This document shows, piece after piece, positions 48,836 through 61,000 of a stretch of 64,000 nt of DNA. The notes below the pieces were generated by a model that ran no database searches, had not been told where the DNA came from, and worked only from the letters and a program-made list of their open reading frames with translations. Where the stretch lies: NCBI GenBank assembly GCA_013239625.1, contig MU054212.1:7104270-7168269 (forward strand), given 5' to 3'. The position numbers and the translations under genes are program-made. Numbering within the stretch: the first letter of the stretch is position 1; each line of letters starts with the position of its first letter. This stretch comes from Lama guanicoe (Eukaryota).

Positions 48836-50394
48836 TGAGTTAGTGACTCCTGTGTGAAATCATCAAAACTAAGGTGCAAACAAAATGAACTAAATACAAA
48901 GTGGAGAAAGATTATTACTTACCTAGTGTACCTTCTTGGATCCTATTGAATAGGACCCTTCAGGGCAAGGTCGTAGGAAAACAGAGTTGTTCATTCAACA
49001 AATGCCTATCGTTTGTTTTCTATAGATATGATACTATGTTAGCTACTATGGAAAAGAAAAAGCTATTTAGAGCATCACTTTTGCCTTCAAGGAGTCTAAA
49101 ACTCCTCAAGATCATATAAGGGTATATAAGGCATGAATTACAAATAACAAAATCAAGCAAGCATTATAGTAAGTGCCAAAAAGATTTGTGAAACCAAGTT
49201 CATAGACTTTTCAGAAAAAGGAAAATTCTTCTTGAAATTTGAGCTAGCATTTAAAAGGTTGGTCTAGAATTAAACATGGGAAAGTGAGTGCAAGACATTC
49301 CAGGAAAACGTTACCACAAGCCATTGAGTATAGTTCCCAGTAGGACCTTGTTGTTTATTTATTCTGTACAGAGTATCTGCCAATTCCAAACTCCCAATTT
49401 ATCCCTCCTTCCCCACTTCCACCTATGGTGACTATAAGTTTGTTTTCTATGTCTGTGAGTCTGTTTCTGTTTTGTAAATAAGTTCATTTGTACCATTTTT
49501 TTAGATTCCACATGTAAGTGATATTATATAATATTTGTCTTTCTCTGTCTGACTGATTTCACTTAGTGTGATAATCTCTAAGTCTATCCATGTTGCTGCA
49601 AATGGTATTATTTCACTTTTTGTTGCTTAGTATTATTCCATTGTATATACATACCACATCTTTATCCATTCATCTCTCAATGGATGTTTAGGTTGCTTCC
49701 ACATCGTGGCTATTGTAAATAGTGCTGCTATAAACATTGGGGTGCATGTATCTTTTCAAATTGGAGTTTTCTCCAGATATATACCTAGGCATGAGATTGC
49801 TGGATCATATGGTAATTGTATTTTTGTTTTTTTTAAGAAAACTTTATACTGTTTTCTATAGTGGCTGCACCATATTACATTCCCAGCAACAGTGTAGGAG
49901 GGTTCTCTTTTCTCCACACCCTTTCCAACATTTATTGCTTGTGGACTTTTTAATGATGGTCATTCTGATCAGTGTGAGATGATACCTCGTTGAAGTTTTG
50001 TTTTGCACTTCTCCGATAACTAGCAATATTGAGAATCTTTTCATCTGCCTGTTGGCCATCTGAATGTCTTCATTGTAGAAATGTCTCTTTAGGTCTTCTG
50101 CCCACTTTTCAATCGGGTGGTTTCTTTTTTTGTTATTGAGTTGTATGAGCTGTTTGTATATTCTGGAACTTAAGCCCTTGTCAGTCACATCGTTTGCAAA
50201 TATTTTCTCCCAGTACGTAGGTTGGTTTTTTTGTTTTGTTTGTGGTTTCCTTTGCTCTGATAGCACTTTTGAATTAATTGGCAGGGGACAAACTAGAGAC
50301 AGGAAAACTAAATGAAACAAAAATGTACTGGCAGAATGTTTGGTATATAATAAGCATGTAATAAATATTTGCTGAATGAATTGGAAAAAAAAAA
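48836..50394 (+). other. Candidate retrotransposed non-coding insert (TSD, AATAAA and poly-A)
   Basis: GACACACCACA at 48825-48835 and 50396-50406; AATAAA at 50360-50365; A10 at 50385-50394. Confidence 0.65.
49310..50280 (-). mobile_element. Younger cetartiodactyl-type L1 ORF2 end and 3' UTR, antisense
   Basis: Minus ORF 49856-50557 contains [14 protein letters not shown]...PIEKWAEDL...RYHLT...[18 protein letters not shown] (ORF2 C-terminal Cys-rich domain). Confidence 0.92.
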
Positions 50395-50395
50395 G

Positions 50396-51300
50396 GACAC
50401 ACCACAGACCAGGAGAAGATATCTGCAAATCATATCTGGTAAAGGACTTGTATCCCAAATATACAAAGAACCCTGAAAACTCAACAATAATCCACAAAAA
50501 TTGGGCAAAAGATATGCACAATTTACCAAACAAAGTATGCAGAGAGCAAATAAGCATAAGAAAAGATGCTCATTCATTTGTAATTAGAGGAACGCAAATT
50601 TAAACAACAATGAGATAACACTCTATTTCTGATATGTAAGAAGGTATACTTATTCGAATGTCTAAAATCCAGAAAAAAACTCACAACTGGTGAGGATTTA
50701 GAGCAACAAATAACTCTCATTCATTGCTGGAGGGAATAAAAAATCTTACAGCCACTTTGGAAGACAGTTTGGCAGTTTCTTACAAAGTGAAATAGTTGTT
50801 TTACTGTATGATCTGTCAGTCGCATTCCTAGGTATTTACCCAAATGTGTTGAGAACCTATGTCCACACGAATACTAAGTGTTTATGGCAGCATTCATAAT
50901 TACTAAAAAACAGAAGCAACCAAGATGCCCTTTGATTGATGACTGGATAAACAAACTATGGTACATCCATATAATGGAATATTTATTCAGCAGTAAAAAG
51001 GAATGAGTTATCAAACCAATAAAAGTGATAGATGAAACTGATATGCATATTGCTAAGTAAAAAAAGCCAGTCTAAATAGGGTATATACTGTATGAGTCCC
51101 ATTACATGACATTCTAGAAAAGGCAAAACTATAGAGACTATAAACTGATCAGTGTTTGCTAGTGGTTCCGTGAGGCTGGGGAAGAGAGTTTTGAATATAT
51201 GAGGCACAGGCTATTTTTTTAAGACAGTGAAAAATATTTGATATGATACTGTAAGGATGTATACATGACACTATAGCATGACAAAGCAGAATGCATGAAT
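50396..51300 (+). mobile_element. L1 (L1MC-like) ORF2 end and 3' UTR, right part, continuing from 48835
   Basis: CCACAGACCAGGAGAAGATATCTGCAAATCATATCTG...CAGCCACTTTGGAAGACAGTTTGGCAG...TGACATTCTAGAAAAGGCAAAACTA. Confidence 0.85.
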
Positions 51301-51709
51301 TTGACAAACGAGTCTAACTTTTTTACAAATGCATGGAAGGATGTAATTGAAGCTGGTGGAAAACATTGTTAACTCATGTTAGAGATGAGTGGAGTGATAT
51401 AATGGCTGCACTATTTCCAACTTTGGTGAAAACTGTAAATTCAGATGCAAGAAGTTCAATGAACACCACATACAAGAAACATGAGGGAAATTACACCCAA
51501 AAGAACTTATAATAAAGTTGCTCAAAACCTACTGGTAATTTTTTTTTTAAATTTAGAACAGTCAAAGGAAAAAAAGACTCCTTATGAGCAGAGGAACAAA
51601 GATGAGGGCTACTGCAGATTTCTCATCGAAAGTAATGTAATGATGTCTTTGCAACACAATGGAGGGAACTGATGATGGTTGCATACCAGTAGCCTCCTCC
51701 CATTCCTTT

Positions 51710-53055
51710 CTTGGCAGAAATTGACAAACTGATTCTAACATTTATATGAAATCTCAGGAATCTTGGATAGATGAAATAGCTCTGACAAAGGGAATCAAAA
51801 CTGAAGACCTAACACTACTCGATTTAAATTTTTATAATAATGCTACAATAGTTAAAACAGTGTGACATTATTATAAGGAGAAATATCTAGATATACAATC
51901 TAATAACCCAGAAGAATACCTACATAATTAATTATGTCAATTGATGTTCAACAAATGTGCCAAGACAGTTCAATGCGGGAAGGGATTTTTTTTTCAACAA
52001 ATGGTACTGGAAAAATTGGATATCTATATGCCAAAAATAATGAACTGATATCTTTACCTTATACTATACCCCAAATCCACATTAAAACTCAAAATTGATC
52101 ACATACAAACATTTACAAGCTGCAACTAGAGAACTTCTTGAAGAAAACACAGGGAAATATTTGTGATTTGAGGGAAGGGAAAGACTTCTTAGCTATGACA
52201 CCATTTAAGATACTACATTAAGAAAAATAGATAAATTGGATTTTATCAAAATTGAAATCTTTTATGCTTCAAAATATACCATTAAGAAAATAAGAAGATA
52301 AGTCATAGACTCAGAGAAAATATCTATAAGTCATATATCTGATAAAGGGCTTACATGAAGGTTATATGAAGAACCCTTACAATTCACTAATAAGAACATA
52401 AGGGATACAATTTTTTAAATGGGTTAAATATTTGAATACACGTTTCATCAGAGAATATAGTGCCACTTTGGGAACCACTTTGGTGGTTCCTTAAAAATGT
52501 AAACATATACTTAAAATAAGATACAGCAATTTGAAAACTCAAACATACACTTATGATAAGATACAGCAGTTCCACTTATAGGTGTTTATAAAGCACAATG
52601 AAAATGTAAGTCTACCCAAAGATTTATATACACATAGTCATAACAATATTATTTATAATAGTCAAAAGCTTGAAACATTCCAGATGCCCTTTAACTGGTT
52701 AATGGATAAATAAAATGTTGTTTATCCATACAATGTGGAATACTACATAGAAATAAAAAGAAACAAACTACTCACAAATGCAACAAAACGGACAAGTGTA
52801 AAGTAGATTATGCTAAGTGAAAGAAGCCAGGTACAAAAGAGTACACATTGTGTAATTTCATGTCCTGGAGGTAGGAGTGGGTTTTGACTTTATCTGGGCA
52901 TGGGGTTAATTTTAGGCAGTGATCAGTAGTTTCTAAAATTTGATTAGGTAATAGTTGCACAACTGTATAAACTTTCAAAAATAAAAACATCAAACTGTAC
53001 AATTACATTGGGTGGATTTATGGTCTGTAAATTATACCTCAATAAAACTGATAAA
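51710..53055 (+). mobile_element. L1MB-like ORF2 end and 3' UTR
   Basis: GCAGAAATTGACAAACTGATTCTAA...TTCAACAAATGGTACTGGAAAAATTGG...AATTATACCTCAATAAAACTG terminus. Confidence 0.85.
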
Positions 53056-53089
53056 ACTTTAATTATATAGAATTCAGAGAAACAGTGGA

Positions 53090-54450
53090 GTGAATTAGTA
53101 AATAGCTTTCATATATTACAGAAATTGAATTTGTTCTTAGAAACATTTATACACACAATTATAACTCCAGTTCCAGGTGATTTCAGCAATGAATTCTGCC
53201 AGACATTTAAGGAAGAAATAACACTAATATTTTAAAAAATTATCTCAGTATTTTGACATACAAAGGAGGAAGAAACTTTCCAATTCATTTTATGAGTTTG
53301 TCAATACCAGAATAGTAAGATATCTCAAAAAAGCTCAAGAAAATAAAACTAAAGGCCAATATCCCTCATGAGCATAGAGACAAAAATAATTAACAAAATA
53401 CTAGAAAAATGAATCCAGCTATGTATAAAAATATAATTTAAAAAAGACCAAGTGGGATTTATTGTAGAAATGCAAGTTTGTTTTAACATTAGAAAATCAA
53501 TGTAACACACAATATTAACAGAATAATAGAAAAACATCTTATAACCATCTCAATAGATTCAGAAAAGATTTTGATAAAATTTAAAACTCACCCATAGTGG
53601 GGGAGGGATGAACTCTTAGCCTTCTAGGAAAAGAAAACAACTTGCATCAGGCAATCAGGCAAAGGGCATCTACAAAAATCACACATGATACTTAAGTAAA
53701 ACACGGACTTCTTTACTACAAAGTTTGGGAACAAAGTATGTGGGTTTACTCTCACCACTTATATTCTGAATTGTTCCAGATGTCCTAGCCAGTGTAATAA
53801 AGCAAGAAAAAGAAATGTATTAAATCAGAATAAAAGTAGAACTTCTATTATTTGTAAGCAACATAATTACAGACACAGAAACTCTGCTTGAATCTGTAAC
53901 ACCAATAAGTGAATTAGCAAGGTGACAGTATACAAGATCAATATTCAAAAGCCAATTTTACTTCTATATATCATCAGCAAATAATCCAAAAATAAAATAC
54001 TATTTCCATAAACACAGAAAATATAAAAACTTTGGAATAGAAGATAGGAGAATGTCTTCTTGAAGTTAGGATAGGCAAGGATTTCTTAGACAATACTCAA
54101 AAGCCCTCATCATTAAAGAAAAGCATCATAAAATCTATTTCATTAAAAAGACCAGTACAAAAATGAATAGACAAGCTTCAGCGAAGGAAAAATATTAACA
54201 ATCCATTAATAGGCCAAACTCATCTATGGTGATTGACATCTGAAAGTGGTTATTTCAGTGAGACGTGAGGAATGACCAGAAATGGCATTAGGAAGCATTC
54301 TGAGGGTGATGGAAATGTTCTGCCCCTTATTGTGAATGATACTTACCAAGAAATATACAATTATCAAAACTCATCAGACAGGACGCTTGAGACCTATTTT
54401 ATTTTATGATAATTATACCTCAAGTGAAAAAAAAAGAATTTAAATTTTTT
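53090..54450 (+). mobile_element. Old L1 ORF2 fragments and 3' end
   Basis: GGCCAATATCCCTCATGAGCATAGA, TACAAGATCAATATTCAAAAG, ATTATACCTCAAGTGAAAAAAAAA. Confidence 0.8.
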
Positions 54451-56809
54451 AAAAAAATTTTACAAAGCAAACACTCCTTGCCTGGGGAGAGAAATCAGTA
54501 ATAAATCCACATATAGAAAGGGAGACGGAATTAGGTTGATGAAATGGAAATTAAATAAATGATCATGGGTTAGGGAGAAGAGTTGTGATCTAGACATTTT
54601 GGATCTACTACAGAGTTAATCACCTCGAGGTGATTAAGGGGGAGTCTCCAGAGAAAATAATTTTCTACTAAAAAATGTGCATTGATCAAAATTCTTACCA
54701 GCAACTCAATCCAGGTATTGTTAAAAATGCATGATTCATTATTTTGACATCTAAATGTCATAACTATCTTTGATCCTTTTCCTTGGGGATATCTTTCCTA
54801 AATGTGATAGAGTGGTAGAAAATCAGGAGGAGTGGGTGAACAAGAATCTCTTTCCCTGCATCTCGCTATTCTCACACAAAAGGTAAATATGCTTAGCTCC
54901 ACCCCCACCCCAAGCCTCACGGGGGCTGTGAAAATCCTGGACAGATTTCAGACACTCCAGGTCATTGTTCTCTTTTCTGAAATGCAGCTCTGCTGCTTTT
55001 CCTCACTGCTAGGTGGGTCTCTGAATGGAGGTGGCAACTCCTGCACACACACAAACGCACACCCCTCCACAAGCACACACTTTTCTGTCATCACATAAAC
55101 CAGTAGACAATTAAATGGCCTTTCCCTAGCTACAATGGGCTCCTAAGAGATCTTCCAGTTATCCCTGCTATGTAGCTAATCAATCATGTCACCCAGTGGT
55201 TACTGGAAGTGTGTTGGCTAAGTTGATCGGCCATGTCCCCTGCAATAAAACTCAACAGGAAAGCAATAAGAATTCTTCAGCGACAAAAGGAGCCCCATCT
55301 CTCCATCACTTCAATCCATCCTTGTAAAAGTTTCAGAATGTCCTTATATCTTCCTTTTGGAAGCTTTTGGTGCCATGAATGGAATGGAGAGGAAGTTCTG
55401 CTACTAGATTAATACCCACAGTGCATACTTTATATACCTTACTGTATAGCTTAAAATAGCAGTTAGGTGAAAAAAATTACTGGAATAAATTACTTGTTAG
55501 TGATTCCTCTGAAGTGTGGGTCTTAACTGCAAAAATTACCCTTTTGGTAAACATGGAAACTGAGGCAAACACTATATCAGTAACATGGTCAAGATTCCTT
55601 TGAATTAGTGTCAGAGATAGGAGTTGTAATCAGAATTCTAGTCTTCTCCCTTGTGAACCAAGAACATTCTTTTCACACAAAGATGAATTTAGCAGCATGT
55701 AATTTTCCTTCTTATCCACTAAGTGTGGGATTGAATTAGAGTTTACCTAGAGAAATCTAATTTGTAGTTTTGAAAATAAGCAAAAACTGTTAGACTGCAA
55801 TGTTGATATTCTGATCACATTACATATGCATAAGAAGATAGTATCAAGCAAAACTTTATTTACATTTCCTAAGTGGTTTCTTTTTTTTTTTTCCATTTTG
55901 TATAAACTAATGAGCAGTGCTGTTAGGGAATATGTGTATCCCTCTTTGTGTAATGGATTAAGTGTGAGTCCTGTTAAACACTAGGCCATAAATCAAACTG
56001 TGTTCTCTATGCCTAATTAAGGGTTTAAAGGGGGAAAAGGTAAATTCTTGAATGAAGGGCTCTACTCAGAAGGAGAGTTTGTTATTTCACAAAGGAAGTA
56101 GATAGATAAAGCAGAAAAGGGAGCATTTTAAGAGAATGAAAGAGAGGAAAAGTATGAAAATGCTTTAGCCATTTTATTCTGCCTCTCAGATTTAAGAACA
56201 TTTTAGCTGCTAAAGAGTCCAGATGTAAGATGAAAAATTTTATTGTTTAATTAGTGCACTGAAATGTAATAATGCTACAGATTGACCAGGGAATTTTAAA
56301 TGAGTCTAATTAACTAAAAAGAGGAAAACTATATGCATTGACAATGCAAAAAAAATCAGTTACAGAAAAGTTTTGAAGAAAATGTTCAAGCTTTTTTCTT
56401 TTTAGCTACATATATTTCTATAACTGAAGTACATTAAAATCTTAAAATATTAGACTGCTATAGATTTCGAAAACAAAATAATCACAGTTAATCTACTTAT
56501 TTCATAGTGGAAGGACTGTTTATAATTTAGATAAAATTGGTCTTGGATAATACTGTTAAAGCACTGCTGTATGTTCCTGGAGTACAGCTAATGTTTATCA
56601 GCATTTTGACTATATACATAATTAATAATGCTGATATTTGGGTTTATTTCACTTTGCTTTGTTTTACTCCTGAACTGCTCAGTGAAATGCTGGGTAGTGG
56701 TGGGGGGGCATTTTGCTATTGAGGAAAAAAAGGAGATATCTCTTGATTGGCGGGACTTCTGTTGTATTTGCAATGAAAGGGATTAATTTACTAAATTTCA
56801 AATAATTTA

Positions 56810-56940
56810 TTCTTTACTCAGTAAATATTTATTGTGGCTTTGACTATGACAAGTATTTGCTTAGTCCTGGAAATTTCAGCGAATTGGGCAGAGGACAAAG
56901 AAGATGAGGTAACCACCTTCACGGAGTTTACAGATTAGTT
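56810..56940 (-). mobile_element. L2 3' fragment
   Basis: ACTCAGTAAATATTTATTG...CCTTCACGGAGTTTACAG. Confidence 0.55.
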
Positions 56941-58721
56941 AGATACTAATTGATCATTAACAGAAGATGTTTAGGAAAAATAAGATTATTAAATGTTCTC
57001 GTTTGTGGAACGCAGAAATTCTCAGCTTATGCATAAAACATATATGTCAGAAGTAAATGTTGCATGGTCCTCAAGACCGCCTAAGACCTTTCCCATCTCC
57101 CCTGCAAGCCTTGCTCTATTCTCTCCCTTCAACTTTTATTACTCCTTCCCCACCCCACCTTCTGCTCAGTGTTGTGCCTGCTGGTGGGCATGTGTGGGGG
57201 AGGGGTGGAAGAGATTTCCATTCATTCCAGACTTCCACAGGCAATGAGCCGGTGGGATGCCAATGGAAGCAATTCCAGTCCCTTATTCCTGCCTGAAACA
57301 CCTAAACTTTCCCATACATAGTCAACATTTTGATTAGTATCCATGGTGAAACGTTGTATTTCCTAAGAGAACAATCAAGACACAACAGCTTCGTCCCCAG
57401 ATTCTGAAGTATCTCTTCTCTTAGTATTGGTGTCTCATATGAAGGTGAACCCTTTTCCAGTGCGGCGTCGCCTCTGTTTTGTTTTACACAAACTGATATT
57501 TATGACTTTTTGGGTTTTATCTGTATGGAATGCTTATTGATGGTTAAATATCTTGTAATATAAAATAAAATAACATTGCAGGAGATAAAAAGATCTGGAA
57601 TTGATGGAGACATGCCCACCAGGAGGCTGAATTGTTGAATTCTAAACCTAAAAATAGGAATGGAAATGAAGGACACAGGGGACTGCAGAGAATGTACTGT
57701 TATATGCCAAATGAATTGTTGAGCTCTCCCTGTTGCTATATATTTGGGATAGGGATTTCAGAAAAGGAAGAATTTAGAGGGCAGTTCTAACTGGAACCTG
57801 TGTTCCTTGAATCATTCTACACCCCTCATTTAAAGGAAGGGTTCTTAAAATACATGTGCTCTCATATGAAATTTAAATGAACGCTAGCAGTGCTTGGTAG
57901 ATATCATCTATCTGTTTGAATATTTTCCTAGTTCTAAATTGTCCTTTTACTGCACTTATATTTGGAAAAACTTCTCTTCGTTCCTACAAATTTGAATGTT
58001 CAAATCCTACCCATCCTTCAAATCTCATTTCAAAGGACATCTCTTTCTTAAAGCTATCTTTAATCTCCCCGGGAGAGTTACTTCTCTTATTTTCACAAAA
58101 TTTTACTTGTACATTTCTTGTGACATTCATCACTTTCTACCTCTGTTAAAAATGATATTCATGGAATTTAGCAAATTTGTAAAAGATCTATAATTGATTC
58201 ACATATTCTCTCTTCTCACCACATTTATTGAGAGATTGAAGTAGTCATAAGGAAAAGAATGGTTGAATGTAGAGATGTAGAAAAGACTATAGAAAAGACT
58301 ATAACAATAGCAATAGTGTCTGTGAAATTGTGGCCCACCTCTGTTCTGGTGCTGTAGGAAATGTATGTTATTTTGGCATAGAATAGTGACCAGATCTTTA
58401 ACCAGACTTGCTTACTATGGACTGTTTATACTCAAATATCCAAAAGGAGAAGTAGAATCTTAAGAGTCGGCCCATAAAACTTGGCTCACTGTCAAAGGAT
58501 AGTTGTATAAATAATTGTTTTTTTGTTTTAGTTTTTTTCAATATACAATCAATTTACGTCTTGCTTTAAATGGGATGATACATCTTCTCTTCTTTAATAA
58601 TCAGAATTGGTTATTAAAGAATAATAACTTACTGCAAAGCAACTGAATATGTATGTTTTCCTTTAGCTGGCTCTGAAATTTCTGAAGCACTGTTTCACAG
58701 AAAATAACAAATTATATGTTT

Positions 58722-58783
58722 ACGTATGTATGTATGTATGTATGTATGTGTATGTGTGTATATATATATATATATATGTATAT
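58722..58783. repeat. Compound (TATG)n/(TG)n/(TA)n microsatellite
   Basis: Read directly from the sequence. Confidence 0.9.
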
Positions 58784-59289
58784 CTGATTACCTAAAGTTA
58801 GGTGTTTCTGAATAGAAGAGAAAACATTGGAATGAGAATACATATGTGAACGTAATCCAAATTTAATGTATTTGAAATGTACAGTAAAACTACAATACAC
58901 CTGGATAGAGTTATGCAAATGGCATGGGCAAATTTTTTGCCTGGGGATAACTTCAGTGTGTTCACTAAATCCATTTTAAAAAAGAAAGAAAGAAAAAGTG
59001 GAGATAATCTTTTGATGTTTAAAAAAAACTGATGCATAGCTTTTTCTTATTCTAATGAATTAATAAAGTAAATATTTTTAAAGAATTAGCATAATCAGCT
59101 CTTTATGATTATGCACTGTCTCTGCTGAATTTCAAACATTTTTATTACTTCAGTCAACTGACACTGTTCTCAAAGGAATCACCTTACTATAATCGTTTTC
59201 ATCTTTAGACGTATGTCTTTTCATTAGACGTAAATGTTCATTTCGAGTTAGGAGTATTTATTTTCAAGCATTACAGTTTAGAATAATGG

Positions 59290-59480
59290 AAACAATATGG
59301 GATTAGGGTCAAAAGACTTGTGTTTGATTCCTAAAACTGATTTAGCATGTTACCTTGTATGCAATGTAATGTTTTTAAGCTTCATTTCCTCTTTTGTGCA
59401 ATAGAGGGAAAAATAAATGTTTGCATTGTTTTGAGGATCAAATGAGCTAATGTATATGAAAAAACACAGTACTGTTTACA
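59290..59480 (+). mobile_element. MIR SINE
   Basis: GGTCAAAAGACTTGTGTTTGATTCC...CTTCATTTCCTCTTTTGT...TGAGGATCAAATGAGCTAATGTATATGAAA. Confidence 0.75.
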
Positions 59481-60002
59481 TAACTATTAGTCAGGAAGTA
59501 ACCTTACATAAATTATCCAGTATGAGCGCTGCTGTTGTTTTTCAGATACTCAAGATAAATAAACACATAATTAAATGTGTGGGTCATAGAGCCATTTCTT
59601 TCTTTGCTTAACAATAACTTTATTGACCTAAACAATTCACCAACAATCTAAGAAGTTGAAAAGGTTACAATAAACTTTCAAGGCTTAACACATTTTTTTG
59701 TACTTCGCTAACAAGGTTAACAGTCCAACTCTTCATGCATCCCAACCTGGCAATTCCAAATACTATTAAAAAGACACATGTATTAGCTGTGCAGTTGTTT
59801 ACATATGCATCGTGTTTTATGCTATAGAATGAAGACTTTATTTTAAAAAATTAGCGCTAAGGCACGTCATGGCATGATCCACGGCCACGGCGCTTTGGTC
59901 TTGCATTGTTTAAGATGATGTAGATGGCTCAACGTTGTGACAAATTGCACCTTCAGTATTAGTTCTGTATCAGAAGAGGCTGGGTTTTTTGCACCCTTTC
60001 AA

Positions 60003-60042
60003 CAAGGCTTTGGGAGATTCCCAAGGCTTTGGGAGATTCCCA
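60003..60042. repeat. Perfect 19-bp tandem duplication CAAGGCTTTGGGAGATTCC x2
   Basis: 60003-60021 equals 60022-60040, plus CA microhomology. Confidence 0.97.
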
Positions 60043-60116
60043 GCCCAGCAGAAAAGGGTTAAAGGAGTCCAGCAGAGGGGAGTAGTGCGGAGTGAGTGAG
60101 TGAGGCTGAGTGTGAC

Positions 60117-60147
<31 letters not shown>

Positions 60148-60456
60148 GAGCGCGCGCGCGAGGGCACAGGACAGAAGCATCGAGTTGCGGAGCGGACTCG
60201 TACACAAGTTCCAAAGGCCACCATATCCTCGGTAGTCGGCCCTCGGGGGGCCAGAAGGGCACGGCCTGCACAGAGCGGGCAGCACCCCGCCGATCTGGGG
60301 GCTGGGTTGGAGTGAGAGGGGTCTCGCGAGGGTTTCAGGGCGTGGCTGGAGTGGGGGGCGCGCGACGAGTGTGCGCGGGTGTGCGCGCGCGAGAGGGCGA
60401 GTGTGAGCGCGGTGAGTGTGAGCGCGGCGAGTGTGCGGCCGCGTCGCCATTCCCCG

Positions 60457-60464
60457 TGACGTCA
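60457..60464. promoter_or_regulatory. Palindromic CRE (CREB/ATF site) TGACGTCA
   Basis: Exact consensus within the CpG island, ~290 bp upstream of the ATG. Confidence 0.65.
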
Positions 60465-60745
60465 GAGTGTATTGTTGTGAGCCGGGCCGAGCGGAGCATC
60501 CCCGGAGCTGTCACCGCGGCGGCTGCGGCGGCGGCGCAGCGCCCTCCCCGCACGAGCGAGCCCGGCCGGCGCCGCCCCCGCCCCTGTCGCCGCCGCCGCC
60601 ACCACCCGCCGCCGCCGCCCGCGCGCCTCCCCCCGCGGAGTGAGTGCGGGTCACCGGGTCACTGGGTCATTGTCTCCGCGCCCGAACCCCGAGCACCCCG
60701 TGGAATCCCCCACGTCATCATCAGCACCATCAATGAGATGCAAAC

Positions 60746-60799
60746 ATGAAAGACAAGAGGAAGAAGAAGGACCGCACCTGGGCCGAGGCTGCCCGCCTG
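60746..60799 (+). CDS. ASXL3: ASXL transcriptional regulator 3, first coding exon (start of the HARE-HTH/ASXN domain); partial CDS
   Basis: Encodes MKDKRKKKDRTWAEAARL, the ASXL3 N-terminus (ASXL1 is MKDKQKKKKERTW; ASXL2 is MREKGRRKKGRTW); phase-0 donor CTG|GTACGT at 60800; -3 A Kozak context. Confidence 0.96.
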
Positions 60800-60964
60800 G
60801 TACGTACCGCCCCCCGCCCGCCGCCCGCGCGTCCCGCCGGCCCCGCCGCTCGCTCCGCGCCGGCCCGCGGCGGCGGAGACGGCCACTTCCAGCCCGAGCC
60901 GCCGCCCGCTCGCCGCGCTCCTGCTCTTTGTTATTCTGCGGGAGTGGGCTCGTCCGGGGCCCCC

Positions 60965-61000
<36 letters not shown>

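Noticed and set aside
49856..50557. Longest ORF in the window (233 aa, minus strand)
   Set aside because: Chimera of L1 ORF2 C-terminal sequence with antisense L1/L2 sequence; no ATG-led gene structure
57300..57600. Possible processed-pseudogene 3' UTR (AATAAA, local CpG cluster GCGGCGTCG)
   Set aside because: No poly-A tail, TSD or recognisable coding homology
1..59900. Exons of a neighbouring gene, tRNA or snRNA genes
   Set aside because: No recognisable protein homology or structured RNA gene in the unique segments; small or non-coding exons cannot be excluded without RNA data
60720..60740. REST/RE1 site (ATCAGCACCAT)
   Set aside because: Only the left half-site is present; the GGACAG right half is missing
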